Below, piece after piece: positions 38,778 to 51,192 of a DNA stretch of 51,335 nucleotides. Each line of letters begins with the position of its first letter. Position 1 is the first letter of the stretch. Origin of the DNA: Basidiobolus meristosporus CBS 931.73 (taxonomy: Eukaryota > Fungi > Basidiobolomycota). Made by a program: the position numbers and the translations under genes. The DNA lies in contig MCFE01000632.1 of NCBI GenBank assembly GCA_002104905.1, positions 1 through 51,335 of the forward strand, read 5' to 3'. The notes under the pieces are model-generated. The model saw only the letters and a list, made by a program, of their open reading frames with translations. It ran no database searches and was not told where the DNA came from.

Positions 38778-38974
38778 AATGAGTCATCAGCCACAACCTA
38801 CATTAGGAAATACATTCAGTCAGCAATTGATCTGGCACAATGTCTATAAGCAGCTGCCAGAACCTCAATAAAGAGCTGTTCAAGTCTTGGTGGACACAAT
38901 ACTAGCTAACTCTTTATTCCACTGTAACTCTTGTATTAAGACTTGTAACACAAGTATCCCGTCATAATGTTTCA

Positions 38975-41900
38975 AATATCATCCACAAATAATGGCTTGT
39001 TGATTTTATTGATGATTCACTCACAAGTTTATAATCAAATCAGAAGTCTGTAGTTGTTGTAATCTGATACATGTCAATGAAGCCCAGATGCATCATGCAT
39101 AATATATAGAAAATTCCAGAATCATAGTAGCTTTCATATATATTTCATATAAAACTAGGTTGATTCCCATATACTACTGTATAAGTACTCAAATTCATCA
39201 CTGTGGTCCCTCTACCAAGTCTCAATGCATATTTAGTACAACTCATACAAAACCCATCCCCCTGCTCACAAGCATGGTCTGGACCAAAAAAGTTGATGTC
39301 AAATCAATTTGAGCTCTTGTCAAATAATTTTTGTATGGCCCAAGTGTCTATGATGAGCCTTCATACAGATATTTGGGTACTACTGATTAATATACCAGAA
39401 CTGAATACCTCACAGAGTCAACAGAGATGGTAGAATCTGAGTAGAAAGCTGTGGCATGAGGTCTACATCAAGAAGCCAGCAGGTGTATGTAAGAAGATAT
39501 ATAACAAGACAAATATTGAAATCAAGAATGAGCTTAGAGTGAGGGGATTTGATGAGGAAGCGGCATGCAAACAATTCCACATGCAATTTGCATAGCACAG
39601 GCTGGACATGTCTGCTTGTGCCTCTACTATCCCTATGAAAAATAATCTGGTCCCATGAGTGGATCCAACCTGGATCAGCTTTCAGGATCCTGTTTAGAGA
39701 CTGTCATAATACCAACAGTTTGGAATTAGTGACCCTCCCAACAATCTTATGACGCAATCACAACAGTGTTTTGCTAACTTTACAACCAAATAAAGGGATA
39801 AAACTTGACAAGATTTGATTGGTGATGTGACAATATTTGCACAATATTGTTGCAGTCTTTTAGTGCTCCATAACTATTTTGAGTGGATCCAATTGGCCAT
39901 GACATACAATTGCCTTATATGGCAAGAAACTTGACGGTATTCCAACAGCCTTATAGCAAGACTCTGCTGATTCTGTACAATGCTACTGTACCAATTTACC
40001 AAATGGTATTTCCTCTTTCTACCTCCCCTTGTGCAATTCATATATTCCACTGTAGAATTGCGTCTCTTTATTTGCTTACACACTATTACCTTGGGCACTC
40101 CACATATAGTTTGAATCAAAAAAAACTGTGGCCTGCTGCTTACTAACCTCTACAAGCAGGTACACCTGCCGCAATTGACATACATCTGTCATCTCAACTT
40201 TACAGCTTGTTAGCATGATACTTGCAAAGTTGCCATTTACCTTGTACTGGTGGTAATGTATACATCTTGCAAACATATGCTTGGTGGTTGCCACTTTTGC
40301 CTTGAATACCTCATGAATATCTGCAAATAACTTCTCAGTATTTAGCCAATATATTCCTTCTCCCTGCTAGATTCTAGTCCCCCTTATAGGTGCACTCTGG
40401 CACTTGTTTGTGTGAACTTCATATTGAATGATGTAGAATTGGCTTGTGACCAAGAAAAGTCTGGCATACTTTGGTAGAGTTTTCCTAATAAGAATTAGCT
40501 GCTTGTTGCACCCAACTCAACTTTGCATTTCTTTACTGATTACCCACACATTGGGGCTGCTTAGCCTCTTAGTGCCTCAAATCACTAATATACTACATGA
40601 TACATCAATAGAGCTAAGTAGCATTCAAGAGCAATATACACAGAACTCATCAAGGAGACAGTTTCAAAGTATCAGACACAAAGTAGGCTAATACCTTGAA
40701 AGTCAGATGGTGAGCTTCAAGAGGGAGAATACAGACCGCAAGCAACTTTGTCCAGATCATGCCAGCACACCTTGCTGGGCTACTTAACATCCTCTGCAAC
40801 ACCAGTGCACCAGTGCTCATCAGCCCAGTCTACAGCAAGACCCTTCACAAGAGTGTCCTGCATCAAGTTAACATGCATCAAATCAATGAGTGTGCTTCAG
40901 AGCAAAACTACCAGAACATGCCAAACAGCTCATTTAGACACAAGTCCATTGGAGGAGGTAGAGTTGCATCAATATGTAACATCACAATAAACTCAGCCAC
41001 AAGCTATGTTAATGCATCAAGTTTTGCCTGTGTGTGTAGTTTCACCTAACCATCAGCAAGTTACTTCTGGTAAATTGACTGACAATGACCCACATGAGGT
41101 GCCTCCACTGCCAGAGCCTTTGGCAGGTAAAAGAGTACATCAGTGCATGGCACTTCAGACTGGCTCCATTATATCATCTGGAGCAATTCAGGGCAGCCAG
41201 GCTCCATCATTGCACTCATCAACTAGACAACAACATACTGACTACAAGTACACAAGTAGCCAAGGTGATAGTCAACAAGAAAGTAGTTCAGGCATGCAAA
41301 GTGAATCACTACCAAATGCTACAGTAGCAATCCTGGAGAGAGAAAAACCTAGGAGAAGATGTTGCAGTTGCGTTTAACTGTTGCCATTCATCATGATCCA
41401 AATAATGCATTGTTTTTGCAATCCAAATTGAGCCACTGCATATCAGTGATCACTAAATTTCAGATATAGGTAATATCAGGGTCATCTCACATATGAAACA
41501 TAGCCCCTGTAGTAAGCACCCTGCATATAAATATATTATCTGTAACACTAGTGCAGCTATTTGATCTTATTTGCATCTATACAATCAGTTGTATGCTTGC
41601 TATGACCCCTTGTTCAATCACTAAGTTCAGGTATTTACTTGCTCCATGGGCAAAATGGGATATTTGGCAGCAAATCAGGTAGCTTGTGTTTTTGTCAATG
41701 AACTAATTGGGGGCTACAGCTTCCGGATACTTTTAGACCTAGTAACCATTGAAATACAGTCCAAATGGAGTGGTGGCTGCCAAAATTGTAAATATTAATG
41801 TTGTTTATTGTGTGATATGCAATCATTTCCATTTACATTAAAGAAACATATCCAAATACCAGATTTTACCAACCACAATAGTGGTATCCAATGCACATGT

Positions 41901-42100
41901 GATGCAAACATTACCAGTTGGTGCAATCTTCCTTGCCAACCTCACTGTGTCAGTTTGTGCCATAGTATTCAAGATTGTCCCACATAGTGTAATTGTACAA
42001 GAGCAATCCTTCCTACTAGTAGCCACAGTATCACACCCAATTGTTCTTTGCAACCACAGATTGTGCCATGGACCCTGTCATTGTACAATGGAACAAGTCT
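38975..42100 (-). mobile_element. Second, left-truncated copy of the PHIS-type element (no transposase part)
   Basis: Collinear with ~36990-38777. Ends in the same CAATGGAACAAGTCT, followed by AGT. Confidence 0.75.
39631..40573 (-). mobile_element. Right-end fragment of a CACTA-like element inside PHIS copy 2
   Basis: Begins CCCTATGAAAAAT; reverse complement of Y1 ~16410-17390. Confidence 0.8.
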
Positions 42101-42122
42101 AGTATACATTATAGGATACACT

Positions 42123-43335
42123 CCTTACAAAATATTGTTGTGATGATCCTGTTAAAAGGTCATCACCAGTTTAAAGTCCTGCAGCTAAGATGTATTGATC
42201 CCATCAGGACAATGTGTAAAAACTGTAAAAAATAATTGCATCCCAGATTTTGCAAAAAACTTGCTCAGAATTTTTCATCACCAGAATACACAAGTGGCTT
42301 TTGACTAGTTCTTGGCTAATCTTCTCACTTTCTGATCTTGGACACTCTATTGCTTCCTACATTTGTGTGCATTAATTAGCTATTACCTCTTTTTCACACT
42401 CCTTGCTTCCTGACTCAACCATTTATCATATTTTTCAGGCAGACAGGTTGACTTATTTCAATTAAAACTTCAGTTGTACCTCAATTACCAATTGTATTGA
42501 CCTATTCAAGTCCCTATAAACTATGTTAATATTAGGCCTAGTCCCACACTCATCAAGTAACTCCATTAAGATCCACCATATTATTAGTATTTCTGCCATA
42601 GCACTCTGTTTCCATGACTTTGGCAGGAACCCTACAGCTTTATGCCACTGTTCATTCACTGGTTCCCATACATCCTGTTCTTCAGCCAGCACTGCAAGGT
42701 CTTACACCTCATCTGCCAGTCGTTGCAATAAACCTTTGCAATATTCCAGAGGGTTTTCTTCAGCACTGCTCTTGAAGAAGTGCTGTAACCTCTTGGTATG
42801 CCTATTAATGTTCCAAAATTTTGCTGAAGGCATTGTAATAACCTTTTGAGTTCTAAATGTTGTTACTTTGTCTGCTGGTGGGATCTTCACTCTGTCAGCA
42901 ATGGAGGATGTGGGGGCTGTGGTAGACCAATTGTCTTTCTCTGCATGCTCATCTACATCACTGGAGTGTAGCTCAACTGGCTGCACTTCCAACTCTTGTG
43001 CAAACAGCTGTTTTCTTGATGGTAATACTTCTTGGCTATGATGGGATTCAGTTAGTTGTGGGCATATAGCATTGATTGGCAAGAACTGCAGAACATTTGT
43101 CACACTTACTTGTCTCTAGCCTGAGTGGACTATTTCCCTTTACCTCTTCCTTCATTCCTGCCAGGTCTTTCAACACTACTTTGTCTGAATGCTTCTTGAG
43201 TGCCACTACATTTTTTCCTAGTTATATGTTGTGCTGGTGCTGCTATGTCTGCCTGCATTTCCCTTATTGGCACTCTTCCAGTTACCTTATGTCTCTTTGA
43301 TACTTGCTTGGAGCTTTAGGCCCTGCTTGTAATGG
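42123..43335 (+). mobile_element. Left arm of CACTA-like copy Y2 with accessory-ORF remnant
   Basis: CCTTACAAAAT terminus; collinear with 1300-2714. Confidence 0.75.
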
Positions 43336-43905
43336 TGTAGTGGGGTCATAGTGATGCCTACTGATAGATGTGCTCATTCCCATATTTTCTACTTCCCTAT
43401 TTTTCCACTACTTCTGTATTAGCTTTATCTCATTTGTCTTACTTGATCAGCACTATCCCATAAGCCGGCTGACTATCACACCTGCTCACCTTAATGCATA
43501 AGTTATCCTGCACCTTATGTAAGATTACTTGATGTAAGTGCTTCAAATTAGGCAGGTACCTGTGTCAATATCCATAATGCATACCAAATCTGTGTCACCA
43601 TCCCTAGCATTTTGATACCATATATGGTATCCCTATGCTACACAGGTTTCAGAATACTGATTCCTGATTGGTTGGGTGTGCTATGCCTTTTACAACCTTT
43701 CAGCACCTACTTAGAGCATTCTTAGCTCATTCTGATTTCATTAAGATTTCTATTTGACCTCCAGAACCTTCTGGAACACCATGTTTACTAATCACTTTCC
43801 AGTGAGAAAGGTATTTAAGGAAGGTAACCCCTCAGCAATAGATCATCATCCCTTTCATCAACATACCAACTCGTTGATTAGTATCATCACTGCTACCTAC
43901 TGCTA
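43336..43905 (+). mobile_element. Partial LTR, subfamily A2
   Basis: Starts TGTAGTGGGGTC; homologous to the 24893 and 13971 copies; left flank ATGG. Confidence 0.8.
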
Positions 43906-44182
43906 ACCCACTACTATGACCCAAATTGCTACTACAAATTTGAATGAGAAATACAAGCTCAGTACAACCCAAATATTGTTGGACTACTAGCTGAACACCA
44001 GCTGAAAGTTAGATGAACTCCAAGTATGATATTTTTTTAGGAATCTAATAGGATTAGATATTGCCCAAGTTAATATATCAAGGAGGGTATAAGCTTACTC
44101 TATGCTATTCAGTCAAGTTTGATAAGCCCTAAACTGTAAAAGAGCCCCTAAACAGTCCCCAAATGAGTTTTGAAGATCTAAG

Positions 44183-44472
44183 ATGACTGATGAATATCAG
44201 GGCCTTATGGAAAATCAAATTTGGGACTTAATCAAATCACCAATTAACCTACAATTTATGGGATGCAGATGGGTCTTCAAGATGAAGTATAAGGCTGATG
44301 GTGAAATTGAGAGATTCAAAGCAATACTCATAGTGAAACTAAACCTTCAGGGAAAAGGGCTGGACTATGCTAGAGCATTTTCACTGGTGGTCAAGTCTAA
44401 TGCCTTCAGACTGTTGTTGGCATTTACAGCAAAATATCTGTCTTTTATGCAACATATAGATGTAGAAACTGC
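44183..44472 (+). pseudogene. Ty1/Copia RT fragment
   Basis: WDLIK...GCRWVFKMK...ERFKA...IDVETA. Confidence 0.8.
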
Positions 44473-46218
44473 TGTAAGAGTCATAGAGATATTGGAAGCA
44501 ATTGGAACATTAAATAAATTATGTGGCTTTCACTTAATGATCAGTTGAGTGTAAAGTAGTATTTGCATTTTTATATGATATTGGCATAGCAAAAGCATTG
44601 AATATGTTTGGGAAGGTCCAAAGTGCATGTGCGCAGAGTTTAAGGCTGTTTGGACAACCTAGCTAATTTTCATGTTCTGGATACCTGATGTATTGGTGCA
44701 AATATTTTAAGTTGATCATAGCAAGGAATTTGGCCAGTATTTTCTAGACATGAGGGTAAAAATGCAAGTTTTTACTACACCCCCACTCAACTAAATCTTC
44801 ATATAGACTAGTCCTATTTGTGACCTAAATATTCAGATTTGTCTTTAAGTAGTAGCTGGGTCAATATATCTGTAGTCATTTAATCTGTAGGACTGTAAAC
44901 TAAGTTGGCTAAGATATTCTCTATAGCTTTGCATATGAAATGGTGTCTTACATCAACTTGCTTAGTTCTTGCATGAAAAGTTGGATTTCTACCCAATTGT
45001 ATACATCCTTGATTTTCTTGAAATAAAGTAATACAAGCTTTTTGGTGTGTGTAAAAAGCTTCTCTTAGCCACACTGCCTCTTTTGTAGCATCACTGGAAT
45101 CTACATAGTCAGCATCTGTAGTGGAAAGTGCTACTGTTTGTTGATTTTGTAAATTCTACAAAATTGCTCCTTTGTAGCAAAGAAATATGTAACCTTTGGT
45201 GGATCATCTGACTTCTAAATTTTGTCTCTTATAAGCATCAGAATATGCCACAGAATCCTGTTTGGAATCCTTATAGGTGTACCTTAAGTAGATATCAGTA
45301 GTGCCTTTTAGATATCTAAAATTATGCTCAACTGCTGCAATATGATCAGATCATAGTTCCAATCATGCTGGTTGACAACTCTTACCAAATATAAAATATC
45401 TGGAGGTGTGCAATGTATTATACAGATCAGACTGTCTACTATAGATGGATAATGGAATTCAAGGCTTTCTGATGGCTTCAAGCTCTCTGGGTTTGGTAAA
45501 GTATTGACTAAGTTAAGGTTTGTCTCTATTAGTGCAGCTGCCAGCTTACAGTCTACCGTTTAGTACTTTTTAAGTATATCTTGTGTATAGTTGGACTGGC
45601 TTAGTATAATAGCCTGGTTACTTCTGACTATGGAGAAGTTTATCCCTAAGTAGTGTTTGAGCTCTCCCAGAATGGATATCTTGAGCTCCTAAGATAGACT
45701 GAATTCAGTCTCTTCCAATATTTTTTGGTTATTGGTGGCTGTAATAAGATCACCCACATTAAGAGTTAATAGAACTGGATTTGCTTTATCCAGCTTACAG
45801 TGGACACTATAGTCAGTAGTACTTCTTTTGGAGCGCAATGATTCTGCATATGAATCTATCTTGCAATACCAGGTGCCTGAGGATTATATAAAACCATATT
45901 TAGATTTTTTATGCTTGCAGACTAAACCATGAGTATCTTGGTCAGTAAACCCACCAGACTGGTCCATGTATATGTTGTAATCAAGTTCTTCATCCAAAAT
46001 GAGGTTGTAACATCCATTTGATGAGCATGAAATTGATATTTAGCTGCATTAGTCAATGTTAGTCTGATGAAATTACACTTAACTGCTGGGACAATTGTCT
46101 CAATACAATCAGTCCTTTTGTTTGAGTATCCTTTAGCCACAAGTCTTGCTTTGCATTTCTTTATTGTACCATTAGCAATGAATTTTTTCTTGAAGTCCCA
46201 TCTGCATACAGTTGATCT
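44473..46218 (-). mobile_element. Degenerate Ty1/Copia D3: 3' LTR 44473-44779, PPT, RT/RNase H; cut by B2
   Basis: CRWDFKKK...KARLVAKGY and GRNPTFHARTK...HHF. LTR homologous to 17541 and 21390. PPT GAGTGGGGG. Confidence 0.85.
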
Positions 46219-46735
46219 TGTTATGAATAGACACAAGGCAGGAGGAAAAGCTAGGCACGGCAGGAAAGGACTTAGGTGTGGACCATCAAGGCAAGGCAGG
46301 ATTCAAGGCAAGGCTGTTTATTCATAACAGTTTTATCAGACTCTCCTGACTTACCTGTGGATCCCTGCTTTCTGCCCAAAGTTTGAAGAAAACTTGTAAA
46401 AGGAATACTCACCGTAAGTATTACCCATCATCTTTCCCTAGTCTTGTCCTATAAAGGCAAAGATACTTTATCTTTGTAAAACTATTGGTCAAAGCTGCAT
46501 TCACTTTATTACCCTGCTGGTGGAGTTTACAGTTGTTACAGTATTGGAAGCTTTAGTACAATACTCTATCAAAGGACGTTGAAACCAGTACCTTCTGAAG
46601 TGACGCTAACTTATTTAAGTTGGGGATTGTGGCTCAATAGTTGTATTCTTGACATACTAGTGGCTTTACAAACCCACAATCTAGTTTAGTATATTCCAGT
46701 ATTCCTTGCAAGTTCATCCGTCTTCCTCTGCTACC

Positions 46736-47668
46736 ATGTCCAACCTAGAGCTGAACTTTGCCCAGCTCATGGCTGCCTTTAACCAACTGCAGCAAGACCA
46801 TGCAGACCTCAGAAACACTCTTGCTCAGTTCCAGAACCAAAGTGTCCAGCAAACTAGCCATGTCCCAGTCTACCAAGAACCCAAGTATACTCCTGCTACC
46901 AAGTTCAATGGCTCTCAGAATGAATTCCGTGGCTTCATCAACATGGTGAAGAACAATCTTGCACTCCAGCCCAACCGGTACCCCACTGACCAGGCCAAAG
47001 TTGGTTTCATCTCCAACCTGCTTACTGGTACAGCTCTCAAGTGGTTCTCCCCATTAGTGGAAACCAACTCTCCCCTCCTCAGAGACTACCAAGCTTTCCT
47101 CACTGAAATGGAGCTAACATTTGGTAACCTTGACCAAGCCAGAACTGCTGCCAACAAGATCAAGACCCTCAAGCAAGGGAACAAACCAGCATCAGTCTAT
47201 GCCTCAGAATTCCGACAACTCTCCAGTGACCTCAGCTCCTGGGGTCAAGCAGCCTTGATTAGCCAATTCCAAGATGGCCTCAATGATGAAGTTTGAGATC
47301 TGCTACTCACACTCCCAGACCCAGATACATTGGTTGAAGCTATGCACCAAGCAATCCGGTGTGATAACAGACTATTCCAGAAGAAGCAAAAGAACTGTCA
47401 AAGACACATTCCTGTTGCAGTCCCAGCCCCTCCTGCTCCCCAAGTCACTCCAGAAGATCCTATGCAGATTGATAGTGCCAAATACAAGAAACTATCAAAG
47501 AGTGAAAAGTCCAGATGTCAACAAGCCAACCTCTGTCTATACTGTGGCCAACCAGGTCACTTTGCCAAGTCCTGCCCCAACAAGAAGTCCAGCTTCAAGC
47601 TGATGCAGTCCTCCAGCAACCAACCTGATCCAGATCTGTCGGGAAACTCCAATGTCCAGTTGCACTGA
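46736..47668 (+). pseudogene. gag: B2 gag with one premature TGA (47294-47296)
   Basis: Matches B1 Gag except for point changes; codon is TGT in B1. Confidence 0.92.
47641..47647 (+). promoter_or_regulatory. -1 frameshift heptamer G GGA AAC (B2)
   Basis: In gag frame; the -1 frame is open into pol; 11-bp stem starts 6 nt downstream. Confidence 0.8.
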
Positions 47669-50600
47669 CAGGCTTGCAACTGGACCCACCCATGAAAATC
47701 CAGCATATCCAAGAATCTTCCTTTGCCACAAAATCTATCCAGTCCTTGAGAATGCCTGTCAAAATCCAGATCCCTGACTCTGGTCCTGTCCCAGCCCTAG
47801 CCCTGATTGATTCCGGTGCTTCATCCTGTTTCATTGACCAAGCCTTTGTCCAGAAGCACTCTATTCCTGTTACCTTGAAATCCTGTCCAGTCCAAGTAGA
47901 AGTTATTGATGGAAGATCACTCTCCTCTGGTGCCGTTACCCATGAAACATGCTTACTCCAGCTGTCCAGTACTGCCCACCAAGAAAGAATTGCCTTCAAC
48001 ATCATCAACTCACCACACTATCCTATTGTGCTTGGAAGCTCATGGCTGATTTACCACAATCCAAGTATTGATTGGAAATCCAAAATCCTGTCATTCACCA
48101 GATCCCACCAAGTCAACTCCATGAAATCTCCAGACCCTGATAACTGTGAAAAGACTGTTGCCAACAGTTCAACAGCCCAAGATACCTTGCCAGCTGAAGG
48201 AGCCCCCCCCCCAGCAAACATACCAGCCAAGTACCAAGAGTTTGCCCACGTCTTTGACAAGAAGAAAGCAGAACTCCTCCCTGACCATTGGCCTTATGAC
48301 TGCCCTATTGACCTTGAAGATAGAAAAGTCCCTCCATTTGGCCCAATATATAACCTCTCCCAGCCGGAGTTGAAAGAACCCCATGGTTATATTGAAGAAA
48401 ACCTCCAGAAGGGTTTTATTCAGCACTCCAAATCACCTGCTGGAGCCCCAATCCTCTTTGTCAAGAAGAAGGATGGCACCCTCAGAATGTGTGTGGACTA
48501 CCGTGCTTTGAATAAGATCACAGTCAAGAACCGCTACCCCCTGCCCCTGATCAACACACTGTTGGATCAGCTATCTGCTGCCCAAGTCTTCACCAAGATT
48601 GACTTGAGAGGAGCTTACAATCTTGTCAGAATCAAGCCCGGTGATGAATGGAAAACTGCCTTTCGCACAAGATACGGCCACTTTGAATACAAAGTAATGC
48701 CATTTGGCCTCACCAATGCCCCTGCTGTGTTTCAACACCTCATGAATGACATATTCCATGAATACCTTGACCACTTTGTGGTAATCTACCTTGATGATAT
48801 TCTCATATACTCCAAGAGCCAAGATGAACATGATGAACATGTCAAGAAAGTATTGAGAAAACTAGACTCTGCCGGTCTCTATGCCAAGCTAGAGAAGTGT
48901 GAATTTGACCAGAGAGAAGTGGAATTTCTTGGTTATCTCATCAGCCCTGAGGGAACAAGAATGGACCCAAAGAAAGTTGACTCAGTCCAATCCTGGAAAA
49001 CTCCAAGCTCAGTCAAGGAAGTACAATCCTTCCTGGGATTTGCCAACTTCTATTGCAGGTTCATAGCCAACTACTCCGAGATAGTCACCCCTCTGACAAA
49101 GCTTACCCAGAAGAGCACACCTTTTGCCTGGAATGAGGAGCAATCCAGCTCATTCAACCAACTCAAGAAATCTTTCCTGAAGGCCCCCCTGCTTGCCCAC
49201 CCTGACCTTGAGAAGCAATTCATAGTGGAGACTGATGCTTTGGATTTTGCCCTTGGTGCCATACTCTCCCAGTATGATGAGGACAATGTGTTGCACCCCA
49301 TTGCATTCTACTCTCGGAAGTTTTCCCCTGCAGAGATCAACTATGATATCTATGATAAGGAGTTGCTTGCCATCATTGTAGCCTTTGAGCAATGGAGACA
49401 CTACCTGGACGGTGCAAAACACAAAATCAAAGTCTTCTGTGACCATAAGAACCTTGAGTACTTTGCAACTTCCAAAGTACTAAACCGGAGACAAGCCAGA
49501 TGGTCACTCTTCCTGTCCAGCTTTGACTTTACTATCACCTATAGACCTGGTGCAAAGCAAGGAAAGCCTGATGCCCTGTCCAGAAAAAAGGAATATGCCC
49601 TGGAAGAGGGAGATGATGCCTGTTGGCAAATGGAACACTCATTACTGAGCAAGAAACATTTTGAGATTCTTGCCACCCAGTCCTCAAGTCTTGTCATCCC
49701 TTCATTCCTAGTAAGGATATCAGAATCCCAAGCCTCTGATATGACTTCCAGCACCATCAAGAAATATCTGGAATCCCCAGTTGGGCCCCCTCCCAAGTTC
49801 CCAAACATCCAGAACCTGCATTTGGTAAACAACCTCATCTACCACAAGCAGCAGCTTTATGTCCCAGACCTTGCCACCCAGCTAGACATCATTAAGTCTC
49901 GGCATGATTCAATGGCTGCAGGCCACTTTGGTACTGCCAAAACCTTGAATGCTATCAAAAGAGATTTCTGGTGGCCTAGAATGATAACTCTTATCAAAGA
50001 GTACATTCTGACTTGTGATATTTGCAACCGTGCAAAACCAGCCAGACACCAGCCCTATGGACTTCTTCAACCCCTGCCAATCCCAGAACACCTATGGAGA
50101 TCTATATCTATGGACTTCATTACTGACCTCCCTGAGTCATGTGGCTTCAATGCTATACTTGTAGTGGCTGACCGGCTGACCAAGATGGCTCACTTCATCC
50201 CTTGCTGTAAGAACACTGATGCAAAAGAAACTGCTGCTTTAGTCCTGAAGAATATTTTCCGCCTTCATGGTATCCCCAGTGATATTGTGTCAGATAGAGG
50301 CCCACAGTTTGTGTCCAAGTTTTGGAAACACTTCATGCAATACCTTGGTGTTTAAGTCAAGCTCTCTACTGCCTTCCATCCACAGTCTGATGGCCAGACT
50401 GAAAGAATCAACCAGATTGTGGAGCAATACCTCCGGTGCTATATCAATTACCAGCAAGACAATTGGGTTGACCTACTCCCTGTTGCTGAGTTTGCCTACA
50501 ACAACTCAAGTCATAGTGCAACCGGTTTTACACCATTCTATGCAAACTATGGATTCCACCCTCAGTTTGATATCCAGATTCCAACAAACCCAATGAGCCC

Positions 50601-51192
50601 ACATGCGGCTGAACATGCCCAAGCAATCCAGGACATCCAGAGCACCCTCAAGGAAGAGCTATCCATAGCTCAGGAAAGCTACAAGAAATTTGCCAATCTA
50701 AAACGGCACCCCAGCCCTGATCTTAATGAAGGAGATTCTGTATGGTTGCTCAGAAGAAACATCAGCACCAACCGCCATTGTGACAAGTTGGATTTCAAGA
50801 AACTTGGTCCCTTCAAGATCAAGAAGAAGCTTAGCCTTATAGTATATCAGCTACAGTTACCAGCAAGTATGAAAATCCATGATACTTTCCATGTGTCCCT
50901 CCTGGAGCCGTATTGTAGGAACACATTGCCAAACCGGCAAGAAGCAAAGCCCCAAGCTATCCAGGTTGACCAACATCAAGAATTTGAAGTTAAACAGATT
51001 CTAGACTCCAAGTATATCCGGTCAAAGCTGTACTACTTAGTAGACTGGATTGGTTATGGCCCAAGTGACCAAACATGGGAACCAGCTACACATCTCACTA
51101 ATTGTCAAGAACTAGTTACCCAGTTCCACCAACAATATCCTGCAAAACCTGCCCCAAAGGGAAACAGAGCTCCGCCTGGAAAAGGAGAATAG
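47641..51192 (+). pseudogene. pol: B2 pol (PR-RT-RH-INT-chromodomain) with a single premature TAA (50353-50355)
   Basis: ORFs 47674-50355 and 50419-51192 are in one frame. DSGA, YLDD and integrase H-H-C-C/DDE motifs are intact. The stop codon is CAA in B1. Confidence 0.95.

Larger units (their letters stand above)
34300..38950 (+). mobile_element. Gypsy family E fragment 3 (integrase, PPT, 3' LTR C 35674-38950 split by a DNA transposon)
   Basis: Integrase ORF 34667-35113 and PPT before 35674. LTR halves 35674-35870 and 38778-38950 reconstitute the 22524 LTR. Confidence 0.85.

Noticed and set aside
46622-46642. GGGGATTGTGGCTCAATAG resembles a tRNA 5' end and A-box (also rc 3642-3660)
   Set aside because: No anticodon arm, T-arm, B-box or matching acceptor strand follows; treated as part of the shared leader module.
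46402-46705. Leader module as a group I intron or hammerhead ribozyme
   Set aside because: I could not find the P7 or CUGAUGA/GAAA core motifs by eye; an Rfam/Infernal search would be decisive.
47666-47695. Stop-codon readthrough (TGA CAG) as the gag-pol mechanism
   Set aside because: The gag frame reaches another TGA after 8 codons; pol is in the -1 frame.
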